In this document: one piece after another, positions 29,205 to 39,654 of the stretch
Layout: each line of letters starts with the position of its first letter
Position numbering within the stretch: the first letter of the stretch is position 1
Source: an uncultured virus (IMG/VR IMGVR_UViG_3300033487_000001)
Lineage: Duplodnaviria; Heunggongvirae; Uroviricota; Caudoviricetes
Virus record (IMG/VR): IMGVR_UViG_3300033487_000001
Length of the DNA: 64,000 nucleotides
Direction: 5' to 3' (one strand)
The notes under the pieces: model-generated
Databases searched by the model: none
What the model was told of the DNA's origin: nothing
The model's input: only the letters and a program-made list of their open reading frames with translations
Made by a program: the position numbers and the translations under genes

Positions 29205-30188
29205 ATGAGCAAGTCGCTACTCACCCACTCGCGGCTCGCCGCCTTCCGCAGCTGTCCGCGGAAGCATCGGTACGCGTACGAGATGGGGTACCGGGCGCGC
29301 AAGCAGAGCATGGCGCTGCGGTACGGAACGCTGTTCCACAAGTGTGCGGAGGCGTACTGGCGGTGTCGCAAGGCCGGCGGCGATGCGTCGGCCGCGCTCG
29401 ACGCGGCCATCGCCGCGTTCGACGCCAACTCCTGGACGATCCAGGATCCGTACGTGGAGGTCTCGGCCCGCGCGCTTGTGCTCGCCTACTGCGTGCGCTG
29501 GAGCCAGCGCGACGTGACGGTGCTGGATGTCGAGCGTCAGTTTCGTACTCCGATGATCCATCCGCTTGGCGCGACCAGCGAGGACTTCGAGATGGGCGGA
29601 AAGATCGATCTGATGCTGCGGCTGGAGGACGGCCGCACTGCCGTGGTCGAGCACAAAACGAGTGCCATGGACGTGTCCCCCGGCAGCGACTACATCACAC
29701 GCCTTGCGATCGACGGGCAGGTGGATCAGTATCTGCTCGGCGCCGCGTCGCTAGGTTACGACGCCTCGGTCGTCGTGTACGACATCGCGAAGAAGACGGC
29801 GCTTAAGCCTTCGTTGGCGACGAAGAATCCGGTGCTCAAGAAGAACGGAGAGCCGCGCAAGGGCACGCGCATGCTGGACGAGACTCCGGAAGAGTACTAC
29901 GATCGTGTGATCGCGGACATCGCCGCCGACGTCGACGGGTATCTACGTCACGTTGAGCTGGGGCGGACCGACGACCAGGGCAGCTCGTATCGCTTCGATG
30001 TCTGGGCGTGGGGCGACAGGATTTTGGCCGACGCGGGCGACGGAGCGTCGCCGCGCAATCCAGACGCCTGCTTCCGCTACGGAAGCGCCTGCGAATACTG
30101 GCCGGTGTGCTCTCAGCGTGCTCGAATCGACGACGCGCGGCTGTTCGATCTCGCCGGTGCGCACGTCGAACTGAGAGAGGAAGAGTGA
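29205..30188 (+). CDS. PD-(D/E)xK exonuclease (RecB-like phage recombination nuclease)
   Basis: 'HSRLAAFRSCPRKHRY', 'GTLFH', 'GKIDLML...VVEHKTS', 'QVDQY', C-terminal 'CFRYGSACEYWPVC'. Confidence 0.88.
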   Translation: MSKSLLTHSRLAAFRSCPRKHRYAYEMGYRARKQSMALRYGTLFHKCAEAYWRCRKAGGDASAALDAAIAAFDANSWTIQDPYVEVSARALVLAYCVRWSQRDVTVLDVERQFRTPMIHPLGATSEDFEMGGKIDLMLRLEDGRTAVVEHKTSAMDVSPGSDYITRLAIDGQVDQYLLGAASLGYDASVVVYDIAKKTALKPSLATKNPVLKKNGEPRKGTRMLDETPEEYYDRVIADIAADVDGYLRHVELGRTDDQGSSYRFDVWAWGDRILADAGDGASPRNPDACFRYGSACEYWPVCSQRARIDDARLFDLAGAHVELREEE

Positions 30189-30463
30189 TGGCATACGACG
30201 ACGAGGAAGAGAATCTGTCGCAGCTGAATCGAGTTGGCGTGGCCGGCGTCACGGTGGGCCGCGTGGTCCACTACGTCGGCGGCACTCGCGAGCACCGACG
30301 CGTGCTAGCCGCGCTGGTCGTGTCCATCGATCCAGACGGCTATCCGAATCTCTTGGTGCATGGATATTACCTGCCCGACTCGGTGCACGAGCGGTATCAG
30401 CCGAGCGTGGTCTATTGTGAGCGGTACGCCGTCGGCTGCTGGTCGTATCCTCCGCGCGTTTAG
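30188..30463 (+). CDS. Hypothetical protein
   Basis: 'TVGRVVHYV...AALVV...NLLV...GCWSYPPRV'; start overlaps the preceding stop. Confidence 0.65.
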   Translation: MAYDDEEENLSQLNRVGVAGVTVGRVVHYVGGTREHRRVLAALVVSIDPDGYPNLLVHGYYLPDSVHERYQPSVVYCERYAVGCWSYPPRV

Positions 30464-30506
30464 CCGCGCGGTCTCACTTCGTGATCTCGAAACGAGAGGA
30501 GCCTGA

Positions 30507-31553
30507 ATGTCAGAGCCGTTCAATCCGTCCGCGCGCATCACACGCGGCAAGGTCGTGCAGCCGCTGCGCGTGCTGCTGCACGGTCCGCCGGGCGTGGGCA
30601 AGTCGACGTTTGGCGCGCAGGCGCCAAAGCCGTTCTTCGTCTGCGCCGAGGACAACTCGAACCACCTGAACGTGGCTGGGCGTTTCTGCCCGCGCAGCGA
30701 TCTGGTGCGTCAGCCTGACGGCTCCATCCAGAGCGGGTGGACGGAGGTGCTGGGCACGATCCGGTGGCTGCAGAATCCCGAGAACGAACCCGAGATGGGC
30801 ACGCTGGTGCTCGACACGATCGACTGGCTGGAGGCCATGGTCGTGGCCTACATCTGTGCGCGCGACAACGGCACGCCAGACCCCACGAGCCGCCGCTCGC
30901 GCACGCTGCTGGTCGACGGCAAGCCGCACATCAACGGCTACTCGTACGGAGGCGGGTGGGCCACCGCCCTGGAAGAGTGGCGCGTGCTGCTTGCGGAACT
31001 GGACCGGCTGCGCAAGATCCGTGGTGCGCACATCGTGCTGCTGGCCCACTCGGGAACCAACAAGGTGTCGAACGTGGAGGGGTTCGACTACGACCTGATC
31101 ACGCCGAAGATCAACAAGCTGGCTACCGGCCTCGTGGTCGAGTGGAGCGACGCGGTGCTCTACGCCGACTGGGAGCGCGTGATGATCCAGGCGCCCGGGG
31201 ACAATTCTCCCAAGGCCAAAATGAATGCGACTGGCAAGCGCATCGTCTACACGACACACGAGAACGCGCACATCGCGAAGGGCCGCGATCTGCCGCGCAT
31301 GCTGCCGCTCGAATGGGCGGCGTTCTACGAACACGCGCGGGCCGCGTTCACCGATCCCGTCAAGGCAGCGAAGCTGCGGGCGGACATCGACCTCGCGGTC
31401 GGCGAAGATGCCGAGCCGGCATTCAGGTCAACGGTGGACGCGACCGTAGCCAAGGCCGGCGACAACCTGCTTCAGCTGCAGAGAATCCACGACAAGCTCA
31501 TCGCAAAGAAGTCGACCAACGGCGCCGCCGCGACGGCGGCACCTGCACCATAA
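30507..31553 (+). CDS. Sak4-like AAA ATPase (phage recombination/annealing protein)
   Basis: 'HGPPGVGKSTF' Walker A, 'TLVLDTIDWLE' Walker B, 'YGGGW', 'LLAHS', 'EWSDAVLY'; lies between exonuclease and SSB. Confidence 0.85.
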   Translation: MSEPFNPSARITRGKVVQPLRVLLHGPPGVGKSTFGAQAPKPFFVCAEDNSNHLNVAGRFCPRSDLVRQPDGSIQSGWTEVLGTIRWLQNPENEPEMGTLVLDTIDWLEAMVVAYICARDNGTPDPTSRRSRTLLVDGKPHINGYSYGGGWATALEEWRVLLAELDRLRKIRGAHIVLLAHSGTNKVSNVEGFDYDLITPKINKLATGLVVEWSDAVLYADWERVMIQAPGDNSPKAKMNATGKRIVYTTHENAHIAKGRDLPRMLPLEWAAFYEHARAAFTDPVKAAKLRADIDLAVGEDAEPAFRSTVDATVAKAGDNLLQLQRIHDKLIAKKSTNGAAATAAPAP

Positions 31554-31562
31554 AGGACGAAC

Positions 31563-32186
31563 ATGACCGAATTCAATCTCGCCACAGCTCCGTACGGAAA
31601 GTTCAACTGGACCGGCAAGCCCACGGCGATTCAGTACGCCAAGGCGTCGACCGGCAACGCTCACTTCGTCGTGAGCTTCACCGGAAAGACTCATACCGGC
31701 GAGGATTTCTCGAAGGACAAGGGTCTATTCTTCACCGAGAAGACGATCGATCGCACCCTGGAAGCGCTCGAAGTTCTGGGTATCGAGCTGAATCTCGACG
31801 GAGACCTTGACGCGCAGCTCATCACGCTGACCAGCGGCGCCGTCACCCTGCCGGACAAAGAAGTGCGGCTCGCCGTAGAGATCTTGGACAAGGAGCAATA
31901 CGACGAAAATCGCAACCCGAAGGTCGGGCCGGACGGCAAGGTTCTGGTCACCAAGACCTTGGAAATCGCCTTCATCAATCGCCCCGGCGGGTTCAACGTG
32001 GTGCAGATGACGACCGCGGATGCGAACGCGCTTTCTGGTCTCATCAAGGCGGCTGCTGCGCGCAAGAAGCTGACTGGTGGCGCGCCCGCGCCGTTGGCCA
32101 ACACCATGAACGGCGCGAACGGCGCAGCTCGGTCCGTCGCGCCACCTGTCGCGCAGGTGCAGGTCGACGACGACATTCCGTTCTGA
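31563..32186 (+). CDS. Single-stranded DNA-binding protein (phage type)
   Basis: Acidic C-terminal tail 'DDDIPF'; follows the Sak4-like gene. Confidence 0.75.
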   Translation: MTEFNLATAPYGKFNWTGKPTAIQYAKASTGNAHFVVSFTGKTHTGEDFSKDKGLFFTEKTIDRTLEALEVLGIELNLDGDLDAQLITLTSGAVTLPDKEVRLAVEILDKEQYDENRNPKVGPDGKVLVTKTLEIAFINRPGGFNVVQMTTADANALSGLIKAAAARKKLTGGAPAPLANTMNGANGAARSVAPPVAQVQVDDDIPF

Positions 32187-32246
32187 GACACGCGCTCGTC
32201 CGTAACTGGGGGAGAACCGGTCGCGCACTCGTGGTATGCTGCGTGT

Positions 32247-32855
32247 ATGCCGCGAGTGATAGTGGTGCGGCCGGTTCGCGCCTCTGACAATCCAACCTAC
32301 CAGCAGTCGTACGGTCCATATCTATGGCTCGGTGCGGCTGCGGCCGTTGCGGCGTGGTTTCTGCTGAGGTCACGCTGGCGTGCGGATGGTTCGTCCGCGG
32401 CTGTATTGCCAAGCGTTCCACCTCATCAGATATCGGCAAGTGCGGCGCCGGGCGGGTCTCGGATGCCGGAATTTCTTGCTTACAATTCCGAGCCCGCGTG
32501 GGTTTCGTCGGGCACGCCGTTGACACAGCTGCTGTACCGAGACGCGGGCGCTGCGGCGATTTTCTATCTGCAGTCCATGCTCTATTCGTCGCGCCACGCG
32601 ACACCGGCGCCAGACGGTCGCTGGTCTAGTTCGTGGGGAGCGACCATGCTACGCGTGTCAGAGGGCGTGGATCTGCCGCCCGGCGTCGTGCCGGGTACGT
32701 TCGGCGCAGAGGTCTACGTCGTGTCGACGCTGTCGCGCCTGGCGGCGCTGAGAACGCTGCCGTTTTCGCTGCCGCAGCCGCTGCTCGATGCGATCAACGC
32801 ACAGGCGCACCGCGCGTATCCGTACGCGGCGGTCGTGCAGGCGAGGGCGTCGTAA
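32247..32855 (+). CDS. Single-TM protein, possible virion membrane protein
   Basis: TM 'YLWLGAAAAVAAWFLLRSR'; preceded by TGGTATGCT-N6-ATG. Confidence 0.6.
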   Translation: MPRVIVVRPVRASDNPTYQQSYGPYLWLGAAAAVAAWFLLRSRWRADGSSAAVLPSVPPHQISASAAPGGSRMPEFLAYNSEPAWVSSGTPLTQLLYRDAGAAAIFYLQSMLYSSRHATPAPDGRWSSSWGATMLRVSEGVDLPPGVVPGTFGAEVYVVSTLSRLAALRTLPFSLPQPLLDAINAQAHRAYPYAAVVQARAS

Positions 32856-33493
32856 TGGCCAGCTGGATCGAGCGTTATCCGTGGTGGTTTATGGGCGGCG
32901 TCGTGGGCGCGACGCTGTTGCTGGCGCGCATACCCTTCGGCAGCGACGAGGCGCCCGCGCTCGTTGCCACGCCGTCGGTCGGCCGAGTGACTCCTCCCGG
33001 ACCGGAATATGAGCGCCAGCATCTGCCGGCTCCGCCTGCGAATTACTGTGAATTCGTAAGGTCGACGCGAGACCTGCTGGCGCGTATCGGTCTGACCGGT
33101 CCCGGCGCCGATCTGTTCATCGCCCACCTGGGACGAGAGAGCGGATTCGGTCGCACTGTGTACAATTACAACTGGGCCAACATCAGGTCATTTGCGGGGT
33201 CCGACGCGCCGTGGTATCGCGGCGTGACCGGGTATCCGTTTCGCTCGTACATGAGCGCGGCCGAAGGGATGCGCGCGATGGTGGACCTGATAGCGCGTCC
33301 CGGAGGGCGATACGCGCCGGCCTGGGCCAAGCTCCAGGCCGGAGACGTGACGTGGTACGCCACGCTGGGGGTGCTCGGCTACTACGAGGTCAAGGACGCG
33401 AACGACCGGTGGGTGGCCGCGACGCCGGACAACGTAGGGCCGTCGCAGGCTGACTACGAGATCTCGCTGCGCAGCGTGAGGCGCTGCCGGTAA
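32855..33493 (+). CDS. N-terminally anchored lysozyme-fold peptidoglycan hydrolase (GH73/FlgJ-like)
   Basis: 'AHLGRESGFG...YNWANI...FRSYMSAAEG...RYAPA...LGYY'; N-terminal TM 'WWFMGGVVGATLLLA'. Confidence 0.7.
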   Translation: MASWIERYPWWFMGGVVGATLLLARIPFGSDEAPALVATPSVGRVTPPGPEYERQHLPAPPANYCEFVRSTRDLLARIGLTGPGADLFIAHLGRESGFGRTVYNYNWANIRSFAGSDAPWYRGVTGYPFRSYMSAAEGMRAMVDLIARPGGRYAPAWAKLQAGDVTWYATLGVLGYYEVKDANDRWVAATPDNVGPSQADYEISLRSVRRCR

Positions 33494-34080
33494 TGGTCAC
33501 GCCCGCACAGCTGTCGTTCCGCCGCCAATACGGATGGCATCCGCCGGCCGACCTGCTGGCGAGCGCGCAGGCGAATACGTGGCGCGGTGACCCGCAGCCG
33601 ACGGATCCGGCACAGCGGCCGATCGGTGCGGGCGTGCGTCGGCTGGAGCGCTACGTGCGGACGAAGTTTCCGCTGGTCTGGCACGTGTACGATCGCGGGC
33701 CGTCGCCCGACGAGCCGCATGATCCATCGATGCACTACGCCGGCCGCGCGTTCGACGCGATGATCCGGACGATCGGCGGCCTGCCGGATCGACGCGGCGA
33801 CGAGGTGGCGAACTGGCTGCTCGCGCACGCGCGAGAGCTCGGCATCCAGTACATGATCTGGTCGGGAACGCAGTGGTCGAGCGCCACGGGACGCACGAGC
33901 GTGTATCCTGGTTCCGATGACCACGTAAACCACATTCACGTGGATATGACCGTGCCGGCGGCGCTCGGGCATCTGCCGTGGCCGCCTCGTGAGGGCGGTG
34001 GCGGTTCCGGCGTGATGTGGGTCGTCGCTGCGTCGGCGGGGGCGTGGTACCTGTGGCGCAAGAAGAGGAAGCATGGCTAG
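33493..34080 (+). CDS. Zinc peptidase of M15/Hedgehog-like fold with C-terminal TM
   Basis: 'SMHYAGRAFD' (HxxxxxxD), 'IQYMIW', 'HVNHIHV' (HxH); C-terminal 'MWVVAASAGAWYLWRKKRK'. Confidence 0.75.
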   Translation: MVTPAQLSFRRQYGWHPPADLLASAQANTWRGDPQPTDPAQRPIGAGVRRLERYVRTKFPLVWHVYDRGPSPDEPHDPSMHYAGRAFDAMIRTIGGLPDRRGDEVANWLLAHARELGIQYMIWSGTQWSSATGRTSVYPGSDDHVNHIHVDMTVPAALGHLPWPPREGGGGSGVMWVVAASAGAWYLWRKKRKHG

Positions 34081-34381
34081 GCCGTCGCTGGACAAGATAG
34101 GCGAGATGTTCGATCGGCAGGTCGCGGCGATCACGCCGCGGCTCGGCGCTCGCCGCGCGCAGGCTATTGCCGCCGCGCACATACACCAGAAGTACCCCGG
34201 CGCTCTCCAGGCGCTCAAACGGCGTGCGAAGCGCGATCGCGCGGCCGGAAGACGCCAGAACCCATGCGGGTGCAGTGGCCGCATGGCCAACCCGAACGGT
34301 CTCGTGGGGCGCATCATCCGCCGCAATCCGGCGCCGTCGTGGACATGGCTGCGGGTGGACATAGTGGGTGTCTGGCGCTAA
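34073..34381 (+). CDS. Small basic protein with repeated xxNP motifs
   Basis: RRQNP, RMANP, IRRNP. Confidence 0.55.
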   Translation: MARPSLDKIGEMFDRQVAAITPRLGARRAQAIAAAHIHQKYPGALQALKRRAKRDRAAGRRQNPCGCSGRMANPNGLVGRIIRRNPAPSWTWLRVDIVGVWR

Positions 34382-34391
34382 GCTCCCGGCC

Positions 34392-34622
34392 ATGAGCAAG
34401 CTCTTCGTGACCGACACGTGTCCCGGCTGCACCCGCGTGAAGACCGCCCTCGCCCAGCGCCCCGACGTGGCGCAGTACGTCGTGATCCGACACGCCGACA
34501 AGGATCCGGTGGCTCAGAAAGAGCTGCTGGCGCTCGGTGTGCGGGTCGTTCCGACCCTGCTCACCTCGGACGGCCGCGTGATCACGAACGACGTCGCGAT
34601 CAAGCGCGAGCTGGGGCTGTAG
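34392..34622 (+). CDS. Glutaredoxin/NrdH-like redoxin
   Basis: 'TDTCPGCTRVK' and 'GVRVVPTL'. Confidence 0.8.
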   Translation: MSKLFVTDTCPGCTRVKTALAQRPDVAQYVVIRHADKDPVAQKELLALGVRVVPTLLTSDGRVITNDVAIKRELGL

Positions 34623-34907
34623 CCCGTGTCGGTCAACGCCAGTCTGCGGTCCGTGACGATGGATGCGCTGCACGCCGCGCTCGGCTGCGACCGTGCCGCG
34701 CAGAACACTCAGCATGCCGCCGAGGTGATCGCCTGTCTGTGCGAGGCCGTCTTGGTCGACCAAGAGTTCGGCAACCGGCTCTTGGCAATCGGCCGGCTGA
34801 ACGAGGATATGGGTTACTTGGCCAGGGCTAAGCACTTGGATCCAGCCTCGATGGAACAGATCTTCACCGAGTCAGTGGAGCGCTTCAAACAGGCACGGAA
34901 GTAGCCC

Positions 34908-35699
34908 GTGCGTCTCGCGTGGGCCACGGACATCCACTGGAACTTCGCGCGGCCGGAGGCCAAGGAGCGCTTCTTCGCGCAGCTGGTCACGGCGAAGGCG
35001 GACGCGCTGCTTCTGACCGGAGACAACGCCGAGGCACCGTCGTACGTGTCCGCGCTGCAGGAGTTGCGCGACACGAGCGGTCTGCAGGTGTACCACGTCG
35101 CGGGCAATCACGACTTCCATGGGTCTAGCATCGCCGTCCTGCGCGGCACGACACTGGCTGGAGACGGCGGCTATCTGACCAATCGCGTGTGCGCGGTGGA
35201 GTTCGGCGGCTACTCGCTCGCCGGCGTCGACGGTTGGTACGATGTGACGCACGGTCGCGGCGATCGCAGTCCCGTGATGCTGGCCGACTTCTCGTACGTC
35301 ACAGATCTCATGGTTCCGCACGCCGAGCGCGTACGGCGCCTGCGCCGGGTCGCTCGGCGCGACGCAGAACGCCTGTCCGATCAACTCTCCAAAGCCCGTT
35401 CGTCCAAGATTCTGGTGGCGCTGCATGTGCCGCCTTTCCCCGGCGCAGCATGGCACATGGGCAAGCTGAGCGACGCGGACTTCGTACCGTACTTCTCGTC
35501 GTCCGCTACGGGCGACGCGTTGGCGGACTACGCGCGCGCTCATCCTGGTGTCGAGTTGCTGGTGCTGTGCGGGCACTGCCATTCGTCTGGCTCGTATCGT
35601 CACGCGCCTAATCTTCGCGTGCTGACGGGGCACGCGACGTATGGGCATCCTGAGATCCAAGGCATCATCGTAGACGGAACCACGTTCGAGGCGCTCTGA
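34908..35699 (+). CDS. Calcineurin-like metallophosphoesterase
   Basis: 'TDIH', 'TGD', 'AGNHD', 'HVPP', 'CGHCH'. Confidence 0.9.
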   Translation: MRLAWATDIHWNFARPEAKERFFAQLVTAKADALLLTGDNAEAPSYVSALQELRDTSGLQVYHVAGNHDFHGSSIAVLRGTTLAGDGGYLTNRVCAVEFGGYSLAGVDGWYDVTHGRGDRSPVMLADFSYVTDLMVPHAERVRRLRRVARRDAERLSDQLSKARSSKILVALHVPPFPGAAWHMGKLSDADFVPYFSSSATGDALADYARAHPGVELLVLCGHCHSSGSYRHAPNLRVLTGHATYGHPEIQGIIVDGTTFEAL

Positions 35700-36486
35700 G
35701 CCAACGTACCACTGGAGGGTCGCCGTGATTCTGGAAGTCGACAAGGTCACCAACCAAGGCCTCATCGCGTTCGCGCTGACACGCTCGCTCGTCTCGCTCG
35801 CGCCGTGCCCGCGCAACGCGCGTGCGCTTGCGCATCTGTGCGAATCGCTGATGGTGCTAGACGAACCGGCGTCCGATGCGCTGAACGGAGACATGGTGCC
35901 GGAGATTGCGCGGTGGCTCAGGAGCAGCCGTGAGTCGCTGGAGTCGGCAGCGGAGGCCGACGACGCGCGGCTGATCGCCGCCGCCATGCGGCGGTGCGCC
36001 GAGGCGTACGCGTCACTCTGTATCGCGGCGGGCGTCGGAGCCGCCGTCAAACAGGCGGCCTCTGTGTCGGACATATCCGAGGAAGAGTTTGTGGAAGCTC
36101 TGCGCGCGTACGTTCCCAAACCGAAGAACTAGACCCGCTCGACTTTGGCGTACCGCCTAACGCGGGCTACGTGTTTTTTGTTGGGGACCCAACCGTCAGG
36201 TCGGTCGCGAGCGACCGACTCGGTCATCCGCTCGACCGCCGATTCCACGCTACAGTCCGGTGCGTCGCCGCAGCAAAACGAATACACCTCGTCCTCGCCC
36301 CACGACTGCAAGATTGGCACTGGGACCTGCATGTAGATACACACCGTGACCACGCGAGACAGGCGTGCGCCAAGCCTTCGGCGTGTGCGGAAGGCCATGC
36401 CCGGATAGTCTCCTTCTGGCATGCGTATGCATACCTCTCGCGTCTCCAGCCACACCTCGTCGTCGAACGGCTTGAAGCGTTCGTCG

Positions 36487-37347
36487 CTAGTACCTTGTTC
36501 CTCGGTCGGTCGCTCGTCCGCTAACCAGCGGCGCCAAGCCTCTGTCCTGCATGACGTCCCGGATGTCCATGACTCCACGTCCCGCCACGTCCATCGTGGC
36601 TCGGACGAGTCTGACTCCGTGGGAGTAGTCGCGGTATCCGGCGCTGTGGACGGTTGAATATGGCTGCAGTGGCCATCTACCCGTGTCTGGGTTGAGCGCG
36701 CCATAGATTACGATCCTTCCTGGAGCAGACGAATCGGCGGTCAGGATATTCTTTTTGTGGCCGTCGACGATGCCGGTGCGGCGGGCGATCGACGCCACGA
36801 TTCGCGCGTTGGTCGCGACGTACGTGCTCACGGCGTCTCGGTTGGTTGCCGCCGCGGCCATGCGCACCTTCACGTCCGCCGTTGCCTGTATCGCGTCGGC
36901 CACCTTCTGCGTCGGTAGCACGGCGCCGTACAGTTCGGCGATGCGCTGGGCGGTAGCCGGCATGACCGGCCAGCGGACCCAGTCGGCGTCGTTGCCGACG
37001 CCCCAGAAGTCTGGGGCCACGTAGATCGTGCCGCTCAGCGCGCCCGCGGACACCGGTACCGGTTTCCAGTCTGCGACGCCAGCCGGCGTGGCGCCGGCCT
37101 GCGCCGCGAGCAGCGCCGCCGCGTCACGCTGTGTGTCGCTGAGTCCGCGTACGGCGCTGGCGAAGTCGGCGCCGGACATGCCTCTGGCGATTTGAAGTCC
37201 GGTTGTGCTCATGGCGTTGTCCTGGACGATGCGCGGCGCGGCCGGCGCTGACGATGGAGGCGTGGCGGCGACGGACGCACCGGGTCGCGTCAGCAGGTAG
37301 AGCGCGCCGGCTCCGAGTGCCAGCCATATCGCCGTTTTCTGGGCCAT
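36487..37347 (-). CDS. N-terminally anchored protein of unknown function with enzyme-like His-rich motifs
   Basis: TM 'IWLALGAGALYLLTRP'; 'GHKKN', 'IYG', 'QPYSTVH', 'YRDYSHGVRLV'. Confidence 0.7.
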   Translation of the reverse strand: MAQKTAIWLALGAGALYLLTRPGASVAATPPSSAPAAPRIVQDNAMSTTGLQIARGMSGADFASAVRGLSDTQRDAAALLAAQAGATPAGVADWKPVPVSAGALSGTIYVAPDFWGVGNDADWVRWPVMPATAQRIAELYGAVLPTQKVADAIQATADVKVRMAAAATNRDAVSTYVATNARIVASIARRTGIVDGHKKNILTADSSAPGRIVIYGALNPDTGRWPLQPYSTVHSAGYRDYSHGVRLVRATMDVAGRGVMDIRDVMQDRGLAPLVSGRATDRGTRY

Positions 37348-38101
37348 GGATCTATTCTAGGCCAAGTGGCGCCGTGTTCGTGTTGGGCACCTTCTTTTTT
37401 GATCCACGTGCTCGCTGCGGCGTCTTTTTCTTCTTCGCAGGCTTGGCTTTGCGCGTTTCCTTGGGCGGGAAACGAGGCGCCCGCTCACCCGCCATGCGGG
37501 TCACGTGCCTGTAGAAGGATCTGTCCCATGGACGAGGCGCTGGAGGCTCGTAGAATTCGCACCCCTGCGCGTGTGTCGGGCCGCACTCGCAGAACGTGAA
37601 GACCATCACCGCTTCGGCGCCGGTGGTAGAGACGGCGAATTCGCCGTCGTCGACCAGTGGATACAGACCATTTCCCGGCACCCCTGGAGCCTTGGCGCAG
37701 AGCGGACACGTCGGATCGTATCGATGCGCGTGTACCGGGCACCACTTCCGCTCGATCGTCTCCATCACTTTCCCGTCAGCATGCGTTTGATCCTCTTGGC
37801 GGCTTCGCGCTTCAGGCGGTCGACATGCGGCTTGGCCACTTCGACGGCCTTCTCCGCCGCCATCTGCAGCACGATCTCCGCGCGCTCTTCGTTGGTGAGC
37901 GGCGTTTCCGGCGGGCCATGTCCGTGGTGCGTGTGCAGTGCCTCGCGGGAGGCGCGATTGAACACCAGCCGCGACGCGCCCGCGGGCGGGAAGCAGTATA
38001 CGGCGCAGAACGCGCACAGGCCATCGGCCTGCGGGGCCATCGGTGCCAACTCCTCGGCGCACGCATCGCATCCGCATGGAGTGACGACGGTCTGTGCCAC
38101 G

Positions 38102-38596
38102 CTATTCTTTCTCGATCTGGCGCATGACGTACGCCTCCGTGACGCGGTCGCGCGCGACCTTGCGGCTCAGGACCACGCCGTCGTCACGTCGCTGCAACTT
38201 GGTGGCGCCATCGTTGTTGTCCAAGTACCCCTTGGCGTCGATGACGTCGGTAAAATCACGGAGTATGTTGCCGCGTGAACCTATCACGACGTAGTGCGTG
38301 ATAATGCCGAGTCGGTCTAGAGTTTCTGACGTCTGGAGCAGTAGACTCTCGGCGGTCGAGAGCTCTGCGGCGGACGGCAGCCAATCTCTGGCTTTGACGC
38401 GCCCGCCACTGATCAGCTCCACCTGATCTCGGTGAGCGGCACACGGTCGAGATGTTCTCGACGACCATAGCGAGATAGCGCTCCGTGTCACCGGCGGGTC
38501 CAGCTGGTTCGCCAGCCAGATGTATGGTTTCGAGATGTCGTGCAGCCAATCTACCAGCGTTTTTGCGCTTCCGATCCTGAAGATCTCTTGTTCCAC
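38102..38596 (-). CDS. Cro/YdaS-like HTH regulator
   Basis: 'WLANQLDPPVTRSAISLWSSRTSRP...VELISGGRVKARDW'; divergent from the glycosyltransferase cluster. Confidence 0.6.
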   Translation of the reverse strand: MEQEIFRIGSAKTLVDWLHDISKPYIWLANQLDPPVTRSAISLWSSRTSRPCAAHRDQVELISGGRVKARDWLPSAAELSTAESLLLQTSETLDRLGIITHYVVIGSRGNILRDFTDVIDAKGYLDNNDGATKLQRRDDGVVLSRKVARDRVTEAYVMRQIEKE

Positions 38597-38670
38597 GTTG
38601 GGTTTTTAGCTGTGGTGTTACATCGTGTCAAGTTGGTGGCTGTACACGTGCATCGTGATACGATGTACAC

Positions 38671-39309
38671 GTGTATCCGGTTGCCATCGTCCCCGCTCAC
38701 AACGAAGCTCCGCGTATCACGCGCGTGGTGAGCGCGCTGGTGCGGTCGGGAAGGTTCGGCCAAGTGATCGTGGTGGACGACGGCTCGACCGACGATACGG
38801 GTGCGGTCGCGCGGGCCACCGGCGCGACCGTGCTGACCCTGACGCCGAATCGCGGCAAGGGCGACGCGATGCGCGCGGCCGTGGCGCGCACGCGCGCGGA
38901 CGTGGTGTGCTTCTTCGACGCTGATCTCGTGGGGCTCGAACCCGAGCATGTGGGATGGCTGCTGGCTCCGGTCGTGTCGGGCCGCGCGTGCATGACCGTC
39001 GGGCTGATGGACCACGGCATCTACAGCGACATCCAGCGGGCGTTGCCGCTGATCTCTGGGCAGCGTTGCGTGCGGCGCGAGGTGCTGGCGCGTATTCCCG
39101 ACGCCGCTTGGTCAGGCTTCGGTATCGAGGCCGCGATGAACGCGGCGGCTTCGCAGACTGGATGCGCGGTCGAGACCGTGTTGCTGCGCGGCGTGTCTCA
39201 GGTCTCGAAGTGGCACAAGGTTGGCGCCGCGCGCGGTATCTCGGACGGCGTAAAGATGTTGATCAAGGTGCTTCGCGCGACGCGCGACTATCGAAAGACG
39301 GCGCAATGA
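38671..39309 (+). CDS. Glycosyltransferase family 2
   Basis: 'IVPAHNEA', 'VVDDGSTDDT', 'NRGKGDA', 'FFDADL', 'SGQR', 'FGIE'. Confidence 0.92.
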   Translation: MYPVAIVPAHNEAPRITRVVSALVRSGRFGQVIVVDDGSTDDTGAVARATGATVLTLTPNRGKGDAMRAAVARTRADVVCFFDADLVGLEPEHVGWLLAPVVSGRACMTVGLMDHGIYSDIQRALPLISGQRCVRREVLARIPDAAWSGFGIEAAMNAAASQTGCAVETVLLRGVSQVSKWHKVGAARGISDGVKMLIKVLRATRDYRKTAQ

Positions 39310-39641
39310 AGTCGAGTGGCATGTGGCTGTGGGGCGTAGCGGGCGCAGCGGTTACGTACTGGTTTTGGCGCGGACGCCACAACGCAACGTACAACGCGGT
39401 CATGGACTTTAGCGGAAGCCAAACGGACGCCATCCGCGCCATCCAGACGGCCCTGCGGGATCAAGGGTACTCTCCGGGCGCCATCGATGGCGTCGAGGGA
39501 CCACAGACCGTGGATGCTTTCCGTCGGTGGATTGCCGCACATCCTGCTGTGGCGCAGCGTGCCAGGGCGGCATATCCGAACGACGCCAGCGCACAGACAC
39601 AGGCTGCGATTCGAGAGCTGCTGACGATGGCTGCTGCATAG
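39306..39641 (+). CDS. Membrane-anchored peptidoglycan-binding protein
   Basis: TM 'MWLWGVAGAAVTYWFWR'; PG-binding motif 'IQTALRDQGYSPGAIDGVEGPQTVDAF'. Confidence 0.8.
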   Translation: MKSSGMWLWGVAGAAVTYWFWRGRHNATYNAVMDFSGSQTDAIRAIQTALRDQGYSPGAIDGVEGPQTVDAFRRWIAAHPAVAQRARAAYPNDASAQTQAAIRELLTMAAA

Positions 39642-39654
39642 GGATGGAGAGACA

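Noticed and set aside
29205..30188. Cas4 / CRISPR adaptation gene
   Set aside because: No repeat-spacer array or other cas genes were seen; the context (Sak4-like ATPase, SSB) is a phage recombination module
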